From Nitrospinaceae bacterium (GTDB lineage: Bacteria > Nitrospinota > Nitrospinia > Nitrospinales > VA-1), in the NCBI GenBank assembly GCA_046754465.1, contig JBHHVU010000024.1, positions 1 to 44,967 on the forward strand: a DNA stretch of 44,967 nt. Direction: 5' to 3'. Each line of letters starts with the position of its first letter. The first letter of the stretch is position 1. Below are positions 19,799 through 29,845 of the stretch, piece after piece. The notes beneath the pieces are model-generated. The model was not told where the DNA came from and made no database searches. It worked only from the letters and a program-made list of their open reading frames with translations. Position numbers and translations under genes: made by a program.

Positions 19799-22197
19799 AA
19801 CAACAACAATATTGGATGTTTGGACTGATTCTTACCTTGGCCCTGGCTTTGGGATTGGTTTTGATTCCCCGTCAAACCGAACTGCCCTTGATTTACATGA
19901 AGGGGCAAAAATACGATTTGGCAAAACGGGAATTTGAAAAGCTGGCCGCCCGGGGAGACCTCACGGTTGCCGTCAGCGCTCCGTTGACCCAGTTGTATCT
20001 GTATTTCGGGGAAATCGATCAAGCCGTTTCCCTGATGAAGCGGTTCGTCAAAAAATATCCGAAAGACACAGAGGCGCTCAAAATGCTGGCGAAGTTATAC
20101 CAGGATAACCTGATGATGGATGATTACCTGGCCGCCCTCGATGCGGTAAGCGCCCGGGAACCCACGGAAAATCATCTCCGGGAACTGGCTCAAGAGTATG
20201 AAAAAAAATCAAACCCCCAAAAGCAGTTAAAAACGCTTGAAACTCTCCTGAATTCCTACCCCGGCAAGGCTGCGGACTTCGTGACACTGGCCCAACTGCA
20301 AGCCAACGCGGGAGAATATGAAAAGGCCGTAAAAACACTGGAAACCCTGGAAGTTCACCATTCCCGTTCGGTTTCCATGGACACCGAGGATTTGCATCTC
20401 AGTTTGTTGATCGACCTGGAACGGGATGAAGATGCCGTCACAAGGGCCACCAAATGGCTGACCCACAAGTTTGATCCCCTTGCCTTGCGGCGATTTGTCC
20501 AATTGCTTCGGTTCAAGGGAAAGGATTTGCTGGGCCTCGAGCTATTGGAGGATTTTGAGTCCGAGGTGGAAAAAGATCCCAAGCTCCTGCAGCTTCTTAT
20601 GGAAATACAAATTAAAAACGGTGAACGGGAAGAAGTGCTTGCAAGAATGGACAAACTTTTTTCGCTGGATGGGGAGTTGCCCGTGTCATTTTTCATCAAC
20701 TTTCTTGAACTGGCCATGGAAGGAAGCGGCGATTCCACGGCGCCGGGGCTGGGAAACTCGAAAGCCGAAACAACATTGATCAAAAAGCTTCTGGAAAAAT
20801 TTGGGGATCAAATTTTTTCCGGGCGTCCCTTGCTCGCCGCCGAGATCATGGTCCGGCTCAACAATGAACCCGCGGCGGTGCGCTGGATCAAAATCGCTTC
20901 CGCCCGAAATGATCTCACGCTGGAACAGCGGGTGGATCTCGTGGCCCTGTATTCTCGGTTGCCTCATTCCAGGGGGAAGGGGGCGTTATCCATCGACAAT
21001 AAACTGAAAGACCAAATTCTCGCGGAACTGAAATCGCCCGGCCTTCCGGGGTCCCGCCGGGAAGAGTTGGTTTATGCCCTGCTGGATTTGAAAGCCTATA
21101 AATCGGCGCTTCCCCATTTGCGGACCCTGGCCAATAACCGGGGCGGGGATTGGGTGGCCGCCTATGAGGAAAGTCTGCAAAAATTGGGACGCCAGCGGGA
21201 ATTGGTAAAATTCTGGGTGGAGCGGGTGAACCGCGCGGACCTTCCCGTGGACAGCAAACGTGAACTGGCGTATCAGATTCTTGAGACCCATCACAAATCC
21301 GCCGCGGTGGCGGTGTTTAAAAAACTGGCCCAAACCGCCCCACCGGAGAGTCCGGATGTTAAGCAATTGATGTATCTTTGGGGTCCGCGGCCGGGTCCGG
21401 AGGTTCTTAAATGGTTGGTATCCCGGTGTGAATCCTCCGTTGGAGACGCACGCGCCGCCTGGTTGCAACATTTGATTCTGGCGGGCGGGGCGAGGCAGGC
21501 GATCGACATCATGGGGAAGGCGGAACTTTCCTCTCCGCCTGGTGATTCGGTCTTCCAGACTTACCTTCTGGCCTGGGAGGAACTTCGGGACGGTCCGGCC
21601 TTTGCCAACGCCGTTCGGGAGCGGGTGAAAACCGAAAACGATCCGGATCGTTTGTCGCGTTACGCGAAACTCGCGGTGGACTTGGAGCAATACGAAGTGG
21701 CTCGCGCCGCCTACCAAAAATACATCAAAATGCGCCCCAAGGATGTGAAGGTGCTCCGGGAAATGGGAATCATGGCATTTAATGCCAACCGCCGGCAAGA
21801 GGCCCGGGTCTATTTCGAACAGTATTTGAAGCGGAAAGAGCACGACTGGCAAGCCAATTACAATTATGCCGAATCCCTTTTAAAGGAAGAAGGGGAGGCC
21901 CGGGCGGAAACCTTTTATCAGCGGGCCCTGGACCAGATCGAAAAAAATCCCAAACCCACTCAACCCATGCAAATCGCCCGGGCAAACATTCTCACCCGGT
22001 TGGGCCGGAAAAGGGAAGCGGCCGCGTCTTATGAAAACCTCATGAAAAAATATCCCGGCCATCCGGAAATCCGGGGCCAATTCCTGTACGCCCTCATGGA
22101 ATGGGGCGATCTGGAAAAAGCGCAAAGGTTGTTGCTTTCATCACAGGGGATTTCTTCCTCCCAGCGGCCGTCTTCGAACATGCAATCAAAGTTATAG
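19795..22197 (+). CDS. TPR protein with N-terminal membrane/signal helix (PelB-like TPR part)
   Basis: N-terminal hydrophobic helix followed by an all-helical TPR-like sequence. ATGA overlap with pelA. Confidence 0.8.
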   Translation: MKQQQYWMFGLILTLALALGLVLIPRQTELPLIYMKGQKYDLAKREFEKLAARGDLTVAVSAPLTQLYLYFGEIDQAVSLMKRFVKKYPKDTEALKMLAKLYQDNLMMDDYLAALDAVSAREPTENHLRELAQEYEKKSNPQKQLKTLETLLNSYPGKAADFVTLAQLQANAGEYEKAVKTLETLEVHHSRSVSMDTEDLHLSLLIDLERDEDAVTRATKWLTHKFDPLALRRFVQLLRFKGKDLLGLELLEDFESEVEKDPKLLQLLMEIQIKNGEREEVLARMDKLFSLDGELPVSFFINFLELAMEGSGDSTAPGLGNSKAETTLIKKLLEKFGDQIFSGRPLLAAEIMVRLNNEPAAVRWIKIASARNDLTLEQRVDLVALYSRLPHSRGKGALSIDNKLKDQILAELKSPGLPGSRREELVYALLDLKAYKSALPHLRTLANNRGGDWVAAYEESLQKLGRQRELVKFWVERVNRADLPVDSKRELAYQILETHHKSAAVAVFKKLAQTAPPESPDVKQLMYLWGPRPGPEVLKWLVSRCESSVGDARAAWLQHLILAGGARQAIDIMGKAELSSPPGDSVFQTYLLAWEELRDGPAFANAVRERVKTENDPDRLSRYAKLAVDLEQYEVARAAYQKYIKMRPKDVKVLREMGIMAFNANRRQEARVYFEQYLKRKEHDWQANYNYAESLLKEEGEARAETFYQRALDQIEKNPKPTQPMQIARANILTRLGRKREAAASYENLMKKYPGHPEIRGQFLYALMEWGDLEKAQRLLLSSQGISSSQRPSSNMQSKL

Positions 22198-24190
22198 GGG
22201 CAGGATCGTTTGTTCCTTTATTGAATTTTTTATAGCAACCTTTAAAGAATGTTTGCTCTATGATTCGACGATTATTTTCCAAGGCTGTGGGAGCGGTAAC
22301 GAAATCGAACCGGTTTCCCGTCTGGCTGCTGGCAGGCCTCATTATGGCACCCACCACGCACGCGAATGCGGACACCGTCAAGATCGGTCACACGGTGGAG
22401 CCGAACCGTTTGCGGGTTGTTTTTGAATGGGCCAAACCGGTCCCCTTGAAAGCCGCAGTGGATGATAAACCCCTGGTTTCCGTTGCCATGAAAAAGGGCC
22501 GGACCGTTGGCGTTTCCTCCCTGAAGAACGCTTCCCTCTGGGGACGGGAATTGTACATCCAATTCGGGCGGGGACTCCAAAATCCGGACCTGGAATCCCT
22601 GCGCAAGAAAACCGGGAATTGGATCGAATCCGTCCGCAACGGTTATGATACGGTGTTGATCCGCGTCCAGGAACCCTCTTCTTTCGGTGTATTCACCGAC
22701 CGGAATAAGGTCATCCTTGAAATCACCAAATCCTTCGGGTCGAAAAAAGAGAAAAATGTTTCGGTGGAAACCTCATTGCTGATCAAGTTCGCCGAATCGG
22801 CGTTGGCTTCCAAGCGTCCCCAGTTGGTGAATGACATTCTGAAAAAGTATGGGGAGGATTTTTTATCCACGGAACCCATTTTGGCCGCTCGATTGATGCT
22901 GGCCTTGAAAAAGGAGTCCGACGCCCTTCGGTGGATCCATGCTGCTTCCCGGCGGACGAATTTAACTCTGGATCAGCAGGTCGATCTCCTGGGGCTTTAC
23001 GGCCAGTTGGGAAAGACGGCCAAGATGGAAGGATGGCTGGAAAAAAAGAAACTGCTAGGGCATATCCTCCGGGAACTGGAGTCGCCGAACCTTCCCCAGG
23101 CCCGCAGGGAGGAACTGGTTTACTCTCTCCTGAATTTGAAAGCCTACGCAGCCGTTTTACCGTATTTGCGGACGCTCGCGAACTTTGTGGGAGGCGACTG
23201 GGCGGATACCTATGAGGACAGTCTCAAGAAACTGGGAAGAAAAGAGGAAATGGTAAAATTTTGGGTGAACCGGGTGAAACAGCCCGACCTTTCCGCCGAG
23301 AGGAGACGGGGCCTGGCCTACCAGCTTCTGGAAGCGAATCGCAAGTCCATCGCGGTGGCGGTGTTTCAGGAGTTGGCCCAATCGGCCTCCGCCGGGAGCG
23401 AGGACGTCAAGGAGTTACTTTATCTTTGGGGACCGCGTCCGGGACCCGGGGCCCTGAAGTGGATCGCCTCCCGGTGTGAAGCGTCCACCGGAGCCGAACG
23501 CGCCGCCTGGTTGAAGCACCTGATTCTTTCCGGGGGGGCGAAAGAGGCGGTCCGCATCGTGCAAAAGACGGGGTTCTCCGGTGAAACCGGCGATAAAGTG
23601 TTTTATGCCTATCTCAAGGCGTTGGAAGAGCTTCGGGACGGCCCGGCCTTTGCCGCTGCGGTTCGCGGCCGCGTGAAAACCGAGAACGATCCGGATCGTT
23701 TGTCGCGCTACGGCAAACTCGCGGCCGATCTGGAGCAATACGAAGTGGCGCAGGTAGCTTATGAAAAGCTTTTGACCCTGCGTCCCAAGGATGTGGAGTC
23801 GCTCCGGACCCTGGGTTTGATTGCCTCCTATGCCAACCATCAGAAAAAGGCCCGCGTTTATTTTGAACGCTATTTGAGCAAGAAGGATGGAGACTGGCAG
23901 GTCAACTATTATTTTGCCGAGGCCAACTTTTTAGAGCATCGAAAATCCGATGCGCAAAAATACTACGAGCGCGCCTTGAAAAAAATCGATGGTGGACCAC
24001 GGGCCACTTTTCCCCAGCTCATGGCCCGGGCCAACATTCTGCACCGATTGAGTAAAGATGAGGAAGCGATTTCCGCCTATGAAAAACTGATGGAGCAACA
24101 TCCCGGCAACAAAGAAATCCGGGTGAAATTTGTTTCCGCCCTCATGGATTTGGGGCAATATAATCGCGCGGAAAAATTGTTAATCCGTAA
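20780..24190 (+). repeat. Diverged tandem duplication of ~1.35 kb of TPR coding sequence (about 20780-22130 vs 22830-24190)
   Basis: Shared peptides RREELVY.LL.LKAY, LYLWGPRPGP and EELRDGPAFA.AVR.RVKTENDPDRLSRY.KLA.DLEQYEVA. DNA gatccggatcgtttgtcgcg occurs at 21640 and 23688 (offset 2048). Confidence 0.9.
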
Positions 24191-24194
24191 ATAA
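22260..24194 (+). CDS. Exported protein: AMIN-like beta domain plus TPR region
   Basis: Signal peptide ending ANA. The RLRVVFEW domain is similar to the next gene's N-terminus, and the C-terminal two-thirds are paralogous to the previous gene. Confidence 0.8.
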   Translation: MIRRLFSKAVGAVTKSNRFPVWLLAGLIMAPTTHANADTVKIGHTVEPNRLRVVFEWAKPVPLKAAVDDKPLVSVAMKKGRTVGVSSLKNASLWGRELYIQFGRGLQNPDLESLRKKTGNWIESVRNGYDTVLIRVQEPSSFGVFTDRNKVILEITKSFGSKKEKNVSVETSLLIKFAESALASKRPQLVNDILKKYGEDFLSTEPILAARLMLALKKESDALRWIHAASRRTNLTLDQQVDLLGLYGQLGKTAKMEGWLEKKKLLGHILRELESPNLPQARREELVYSLLNLKAYAAVLPYLRTLANFVGGDWADTYEDSLKKLGRKEEMVKFWVNRVKQPDLSAERRRGLAYQLLEANRKSIAVAVFQELAQSASAGSEDVKELLYLWGPRPGPGALKWIASRCEASTGAERAAWLKHLILSGGAKEAVRIVQKTGFSGETGDKVFYAYLKALEELRDGPAFAAAVRGRVKTENDPDRLSRYGKLAADLEQYEVAQVAYEKLLTLRPKDVESLRTLGLIASYANHQKKARVYFERYLSKKDGDWQVNYYFAEANFLEHRKSDAQKYYERALKKIDGGPRATFPQLMARANILHRLSKDEEAISAYEKLMEQHPGNKEIRVKFVSALMDLGQYNRAEKLLIRK

Positions 24195-24606
24195 CCGCGC
24201 AGCCTCGAACATCCTATCCCCGTTTTAATTTTTTTGACCTCCCGCCGCTGGAACCTCTTGCGGCTTCCCTCCCCATGCACGGCTCTGAATTATCTTTTCA
24301 AAACTCATGAAAAACCTTTGATTATTAATCCATAATCTGTTAAAAAAGGACATCCAAAAATTGCCAAAATTGGGCGATTCCAGGTTTTGGGGAGCAGGGA
24401 GCTCTCCGGTGGATGAACCACCTGTCTTGAAATCGGCGCCTTCTTAGCGGGCCGGATGGATCCCCAAAACGGATTCAAGACCGGGTAGAGACATCCATTT
24501 GCTTTTTGGGGGAATGTGATAATCCATTTAAAAATAATGGTTTAAATGCCTTCCTGTTCGGCATGGGGATAGGGCGGGGAGGGGCAAATTTACGGGGTGT
24601 GACTTC

Positions 24607-26295
24607 ATGGTTGAAGATACGGGGGGCAAAGCCGTCCTTAAAAATTTTTCAGTGAATCCGGCTCTGGCGGGCCTGTTGATATTCCTTCAGTTCCTTATCT
24701 TTCCGGCGTGGTGTCTTGCGGATTCTGTCGAGGTCGGTCACGAATTTCACGAAAACCACCTGCGAATCATTTTGGACTGGCCTCGGCCCGTGAAATTCAC
24801 TGCCGAGGTGGATGATAAAAACCTGGTGCCGGTAATTCTCAAGGAGGGAGAGAAACTTAAGGAAACCTCTCTCCATGGGGAAAGTTTTATGAAGGGACGA
24901 AATCTTTTGTTGCGGTTTTCGCGTTCTCTGGAAGCGCCGCAGCTGGATTCTCTTCAGGGAATCGTTCCCGAATGGATAGAATATATCCAGAAAGGGTTTG
25001 ACTCCCTTTTGTTCCATACCCCCGGTCCATCCTCCTTTCAGGTTTTCAGTATCGGCAACCGGCTCGTGGTCCAGATTACCCAAACGGCTTCCCGGGAGGC
25101 GCAGAGCGGTGAATCCATCGACGCGGAACTGCTCCACCTGGAATCCTCCCTCCTGTTGCAGACCAACAAATTTGAAGCCCAGGCCCGGCTCACCGAGCTG
25201 TTACGGGAGAATCCTGAAGATCCGCAGATCATGGTGGACTTGGCCGAGGTGGAGGAACGATTGGACCGTTGGCGGGAAGCCATCGACCTTTATAGCTGTG
25301 CCTTGCGCCGGAAACCCGGAGACAAGGATATCCTTCGGTCACGAAGCTATTTGCATGGGCAATACGGCCCACAAATCCGATTGGAACAATATTATCTCGA
25401 TACCAGTAATGAAGAAGTGCAGCGTGTCACCAGCGTCATGGCCCGGGAAACGTTCTGCCGCAGTTACACGGTGGGTGTCAATTTTGAAAATCGATCCCTC
25501 GATGATAATACCGTCCGGCCGCGGATTGATGGAAGTCTTGGAGTATTTGAAGGCGATCGCCGGCGCTGGGGCGCTTTTGTAGAGAAAGCGCACGGTTTCG
25601 CTTTCACACGTCTTTCCCTTCTCGGTCAGGAAGGGGAACCCGGCGTGAGTCTTTCGCACAGACGCCAATTGCCCCTGGGGGTGCTGCAATTGAGAGGCGC
25701 CTACCAGGAACCGTATTGGGATTTTCTGGAAGGCATCGTGGACCAGGGGACCGCCGACCGCTTGCAGGCCCGGTGGGTTTACCGGGGGCACAGCCCGTTC
25801 ATCGGTAAATATCGGGGCAAAAATAACTTCAGCGGCTCGCTGGGGTTCAGTTTGAACCGCTACGGGGTGGATGACGATAATGACGTTGCGGAATCCGTAA
25901 AAATACTCGCGGAAATCCGGTACCATCTATCCACTTTATTGGAAGGACTCTCGGTCGGCTATTCCTTCGACGCGGAATATGTCGACTTGACCGAGAGCCG
26001 CCTCGATACCACAGGCAGCAACTTCAATCCCCTTCCTATTGAGAATACCCAGGTGCAAACCTGGGAGGTTTCCCTGTCCCGGTTTGTGACCGATCAACTG
26101 CGTTTCGATTTGACCGCCGGTTACCTCTACGATAACCGGGTGGACAGTAAGGGTCCTCTTGTGATTTTTGATCTGGTCTACGATACCTTATCGAACCTGG
26201 AGTTGGGGATCAAAACGGAATTCAGCAAGTCCTCCTTTCGGGGCACCGATAACACCTTTTTCCAGGGTGGCGCCTTTTTAACCTGGAAACTCTGA
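24607..26295 (+). CDS. Outer-membrane export protein: AMIN-like domain, short TPR, C-terminal beta-barrel (PelB-like porin)
   Basis: Signal peptide ending CLA, two TPR-like units, then alternating amphipathic strands ending FFQGGAFLTWKL. Pel locus context. Confidence 0.7.
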   Translation: MVEDTGGKAVLKNFSVNPALAGLLIFLQFLIFPAWCLADSVEVGHEFHENHLRIILDWPRPVKFTAEVDDKNLVPVILKEGEKLKETSLHGESFMKGRNLLLRFSRSLEAPQLDSLQGIVPEWIEYIQKGFDSLLFHTPGPSSFQVFSIGNRLVVQITQTASREAQSGESIDAELLHLESSLLLQTNKFEAQARLTELLRENPEDPQIMVDLAEVEERLDRWREAIDLYSCALRRKPGDKDILRSRSYLHGQYGPQIRLEQYYLDTSNEEVQRVTSVMARETFCRSYTVGVNFENRSLDDNTVRPRIDGSLGVFEGDRRRWGAFVEKAHGFAFTRLSLLGQEGEPGVSLSHRRQLPLGVLQLRGAYQEPYWDFLEGIVDQGTADRLQARWVYRGHSPFIGKYRGKNNFSGSLGFSLNRYGVDDDNDVAESVKILAEIRYHLSTLLEGLSVGYSFDAEYVDLTESRLDTTGSNFNPLPIENTQVQTWEVSLSRFVTDQLRFDLTAGYLYDNRVDSKGPLVIFDLVYDTLSNLELGIKTEFSKSSFRGTDNTFFQGGAFLTWKL

Positions 26296-26585
26296 CCCTC
26301 TGGATAAATTTCGCAAAACTTTTCCAGCCGCCCGGGAAAAGAAGAAAACCAACCTTCCCTTAAGTTTCCGCTTCCCTTGTACGGCATCCCTGGATTTCAT
26401 AAAAAAATCGATTCGCACTTCCTTTTTTCCTTTCTGAATATTCCTTCATCTGAACATGACTTTGTGATGCAGGTCATGCAATAACCGGGGTTCGCTCACA
26501 GTCTCCTTCGAAATGATTTGATAAATTGGTGTCTGCTGATTATCAATAACAGGTTTGCACCTGCAACCTTTCAGGAGTGAATATC

Positions 26586-27887
26586 ATGAACAAAAAATTG
26601 GGGGCAATTTTTTGGGATGTGGTTTTTCTCACAGCCTTCGTAGTTGTTTTGACCGGCGCGGGATCCGTCCTTGCCGGTGGTTTGGAAATTGAGAGGCACG
26701 AGTCCTCGGGCATTATAAATTTAAATCCAGGAACGGAGCGGGGAACCATCACTCTCCCTCTTTTAAAAGGAACTCTTTCCCCGGGAGGGCAGGAAGTTTT
26801 ATTTGTCATAACCGATGCGAGCGACAAGGATTTTGCGGCGAAGTACGGCACCATCCGTTCCGATGCCTTGGCGGATGCGCCTGACGCGGCGGTGGAATTC
26901 GCCATCTACGATAACGGCCAATGGACTTTCTTCCAGGACGGCGGACTCGTGTCGCGATTTGATACCAACGGCGCGGTACTGCCTCCGCTTGCCAATCCAG
27001 ACTATTCTCCACTGAAACGATTTCTCTGGGAGGGAAAACTTGTGACCGCCAACGTCCCCTTCGTGAAATGGGGGGATGGACCCGGTCAGCAATTGATCGT
27101 CGATATCGGCGGGTGCGATCCTCTGATCCGCACAAATCCACCCTCACCCTTTTTTATCGGCGGGGGTCCCGCCGACGGTGTGGACTGTTCCACGGGCGAC
27201 CCGGTGGATCGCTATAAGGGAGGCCAGGCGGTCGATATCGACCTGGAGAACATGACCGTCACCATGAAATTACACAAGGCGACTTTCAGGCATCCGGATG
27301 TCATTCCCTATTACACCGTTTTTGAAGCATCCAAAGCTCCGCCGGCAGGATTCATGGGAGTGATCCACTCCCCTAAATTGGGCAATATTGGCCGTTTCGG
27401 AGAAAATGACGCCGTGGGCCGGATCGCCCAATTCTCCAACGGGGTTCGTATTTCGGATGGGGGACCCAACCGGTTCCAGAATGGAATCACTTCCTATAGG
27501 GGCGGCACAAGCAGGACTTATACCCCCATGTGGCATATCACGTGGGTCTTTTTTGACTGCGACAACAATGGGGTATTTTTCATTCCCGACCGCAACGTGG
27601 GTGAAGGCGCCCAACCGCAACCGGGTTCCGAAGTTCCCCGTTTTGACCCTACCCATCCAGCGGCCTTTGATCCTTTTCAAATGTATGACAAAGGCGTCGA
27701 TTGTCCGGGATATGCGGCCCTCGTCACGGGAAATTCCGATGGTTTTATTAAGGATTTGGGTCAACTGAAGGATCTGATTAGGGAGGGGAGGGTGATTCAA
27801 ACCGAAGGTCCAGCGGGACTTCGGTTCGGCAGTGACTTGCAACCCCCCCTTATCGTCAACTGTCCCGTTCCCCTGACTGTCAGATAA
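26586..27887 (+). CDS. Exported hypothetical protein, Pro/Gly/Asp-rich and probably beta-rich
   Basis: AGGAG SD at 26573-77, ATG 26586, signal peptide ending VLA. Repeated YSPL/YTPMW motif and terminal IVNCPV. Confidence 0.8.
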   Translation: MNKKLGAIFWDVVFLTAFVVVLTGAGSVLAGGLEIERHESSGIINLNPGTERGTITLPLLKGTLSPGGQEVLFVITDASDKDFAAKYGTIRSDALADAPDAAVEFAIYDNGQWTFFQDGGLVSRFDTNGAVLPPLANPDYSPLKRFLWEGKLVTANVPFVKWGDGPGQQLIVDIGGCDPLIRTNPPSPFFIGGGPADGVDCSTGDPVDRYKGGQAVDIDLENMTVTMKLHKATFRHPDVIPYYTVFEASKAPPAGFMGVIHSPKLGNIGRFGENDAVGRIAQFSNGVRISDGGPNRFQNGITSYRGGTSRTYTPMWHITWVFFDCDNNGVFFIPDRNVGEGAQPQPGSEVPRFDPTHPAAFDPFQMYDKGVDCPGYAALVTGNSDGFIKDLGQLKDLIREGRVIQTEGPAGLRFGSDLQPPLIVNCPVPLTVR

Positions 27888-28497
27888 CCCAATCGGCCTT
27901 TTGGGGTTGGGAGGGGAACCATTCCCACCCGCCCCGAAGGCCACCGGACCTTCCAGGAACCGCAAAACCTGTTTTCCTCCCACGGAATTTTCCCCAATAC
28001 CATTCGCTTTTCAATTCCCGGCCGACAGAATGGGTTGAGTTTTCTTGGGGAATTCCCTTCATGATAAAAAAAATTAACTAATTTTTACAATCGCCTGATT
28101 TTTTGGTCAAAATAATATCCGATTTCTCAATAATTTTGCCCATTGAATGGGGTAAACCATAAAAATTACAATAAGTTATTTGTATTTTATGGGTTGCCAA
28201 TTGCGTTGAAAAACTGTACAGTTATTAAAATACACTTATACAAATTTAGCCAATAAATTTTTGTTTTCTGAAATTATATAATCAGCCCTGGGATTGTATT
28301 TAAAAATATTCTTGGGTTGGGGAAAGGTTGTATTTCCTTTAATGTGTCATTAGATGTGAATGTCAGGTGGCGGAAAGGGGAGGGCAAATTTCATTCAACC
28401 TGTTGAACGGCTTTTAATTATTTCCAAAAAACGGTTTTCTTTCAATTTTCCCATGGGGATTTAAAAATTGGTGAGGGCCGGGGAAGTACCTGTTTCT

Positions 28498-29841
28498 ATG
28501 TTTAAATTCCGAATTTCCTTTCTAATTGAAATCAGCCTGCTCGTGGCGGCGGTCCTGGCTGCCGATCATTTCTTTTTCTCCGGGGACCGATTCTGGGGAA
28601 TGCATCCCCACCCCTTCTTGTTCATCATTCTTTTGGTATCCGCTCAATATGGGACGTTTGAAGGTTTGGTGGCGGTTGTTCTGTGCAGTTTGGCCCTCCT
28701 TGTGGGAAACTTGCCCGAACAGACCATAACGCGGGATATTTATGATTATTTTTTCGTTCTCCTCGGCCGGCCCATGCTCTGGATTGGCGTGGTGATGGTG
28801 GTGGGCGGGTTCCGTGACCGCGGCCGAAAGGAACGGAAAGCCTTGAAGGAGAAACTGGACATTTCCAGGGATAAGGCGGATGTGTTCTACAAGGCTTTCC
28901 AGCGATTGGATAAAGAGAGAAACCGGCTCGAAACTCATCTTTCCGGACAGTCGTGTTATCTGCTTTCCCTGCACCAGGTGGCGCTGAATATGAAGGCCGT
29001 TGAACCGAACCATATCCTGGATAACATGTTGGACATCACTCAAACGGTCATGAAGTCGGAGAAATGTTCCTGGTTTCTTCTCAACAATTCGGTTTTGGAA
29101 GTGAATACGCAATTGGGATGGGGAATCGATGAGAACTATTCGCGGTTTTTTATTTCCCTGTCCTCTATTTTCCAGGAAGTGATAGGGCGCCACCGGGTCC
29201 TGTGTGTGACGAATGCCGAGGATGAAAAGATCCTCGACGGTCAAGGGATGTTGGCCGGTCCCCTGGTTCACCCGAAATCCGGCAAAGCGTATGGCATGCT
29301 CAAAATCGAAAAGTTGCCCTTCCTCAGTTTGAACCAGCCCAATGTAGAAACCTTCAAAATTCTTTGCGAATGGCTGGGCGAGCTATTTGAACCCACGATT
29401 CAATCGCTGCAGGAAAGGAACCAGACGGATTTAAAACCCGAGGGTCAGACATTCTCCGACAATTATTTTGAACGGTTATCCGAGTTTCTGTCCCACCTTG
29501 CCGATAACGGAGGATTTAAAAGTCATACCCTGGTGATACGCCAACCTCCCGAGGTATTCCGGGACAGGAAATTGAGGTCTGAAGTGGAGAAAATAATTCG
29601 AAACGCGGCCAAAACGGTGATCGAGAATCCGGATTTAATTTTCGAGGGACTCAAGAGCAATTGCGAATTCATCCTGGTTCTTCCAGACACTTCCCTGGAA
29701 GAAGCGCGAAGTGTTTCGGAGACGATCAAAAAAGCCTTATCCCAGGAACTGGAGCAAGCGGGAAAAGAAAAACTGAACTTTTCAATTTCCATCAACGCTT
29801 TGGGGGCGAAAGGGGAACTGGAACTTGAGTGCAAAGGTTGA
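28498..29841 (+). CDS. pelD: PelD-like inner-membrane protein (TM helices, coiled coil, GAF, degenerate GGDEF)
   Basis: HPHPF.FIILLVSAQYG TM region, GAF-like LAGPL...YGMLKIEKLPFLSLN, and C-terminal EFILVLPDTSLEEAR. Upstream of pelE-F-G. Alternative start TTG 28468. Confidence 0.8.
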   Translation: MFKFRISFLIEISLLVAAVLAADHFFFSGDRFWGMHPHPFLFIILLVSAQYGTFEGLVAVVLCSLALLVGNLPEQTITRDIYDYFFVLLGRPMLWIGVVMVVGGFRDRGRKERKALKEKLDISRDKADVFYKAFQRLDKERNRLETHLSGQSCYLLSLHQVALNMKAVEPNHILDNMLDITQTVMKSEKCSWFLLNNSVLEVNTQLGWGIDENYSRFFISLSSIFQEVIGRHRVLCVTNAEDEKILDGQGMLAGPLVHPKSGKAYGMLKIEKLPFLSLNQPNVETFKILCEWLGELFEPTIQSLQERNQTDLKPEGQTFSDNYFERLSEFLSHLADNGGFKSHTLVIRQPPEVFRDRKLRSEVEKIIRNAAKTVIENPDLIFEGLKSNCEFILVLPDTSLEEARSVSETIKKALSQELEQAGKEKLNFSISINALGAKGELELECKG

Positions 29842-29845
29842 GACA

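Noticed and set aside
22260..22290. Tat signal (IRRLFSK) on the chimeric TPR protein
   Set aside because: Only a partial S/T-R-R-x-F-L-K match, and far from the hydrophobic core. Sec export is equally plausible.
27895..27942. Hairpin after the exported protein gene as an intrinsic terminator
   Set aside because: Imperfect stem with no following U-tract, so not called.
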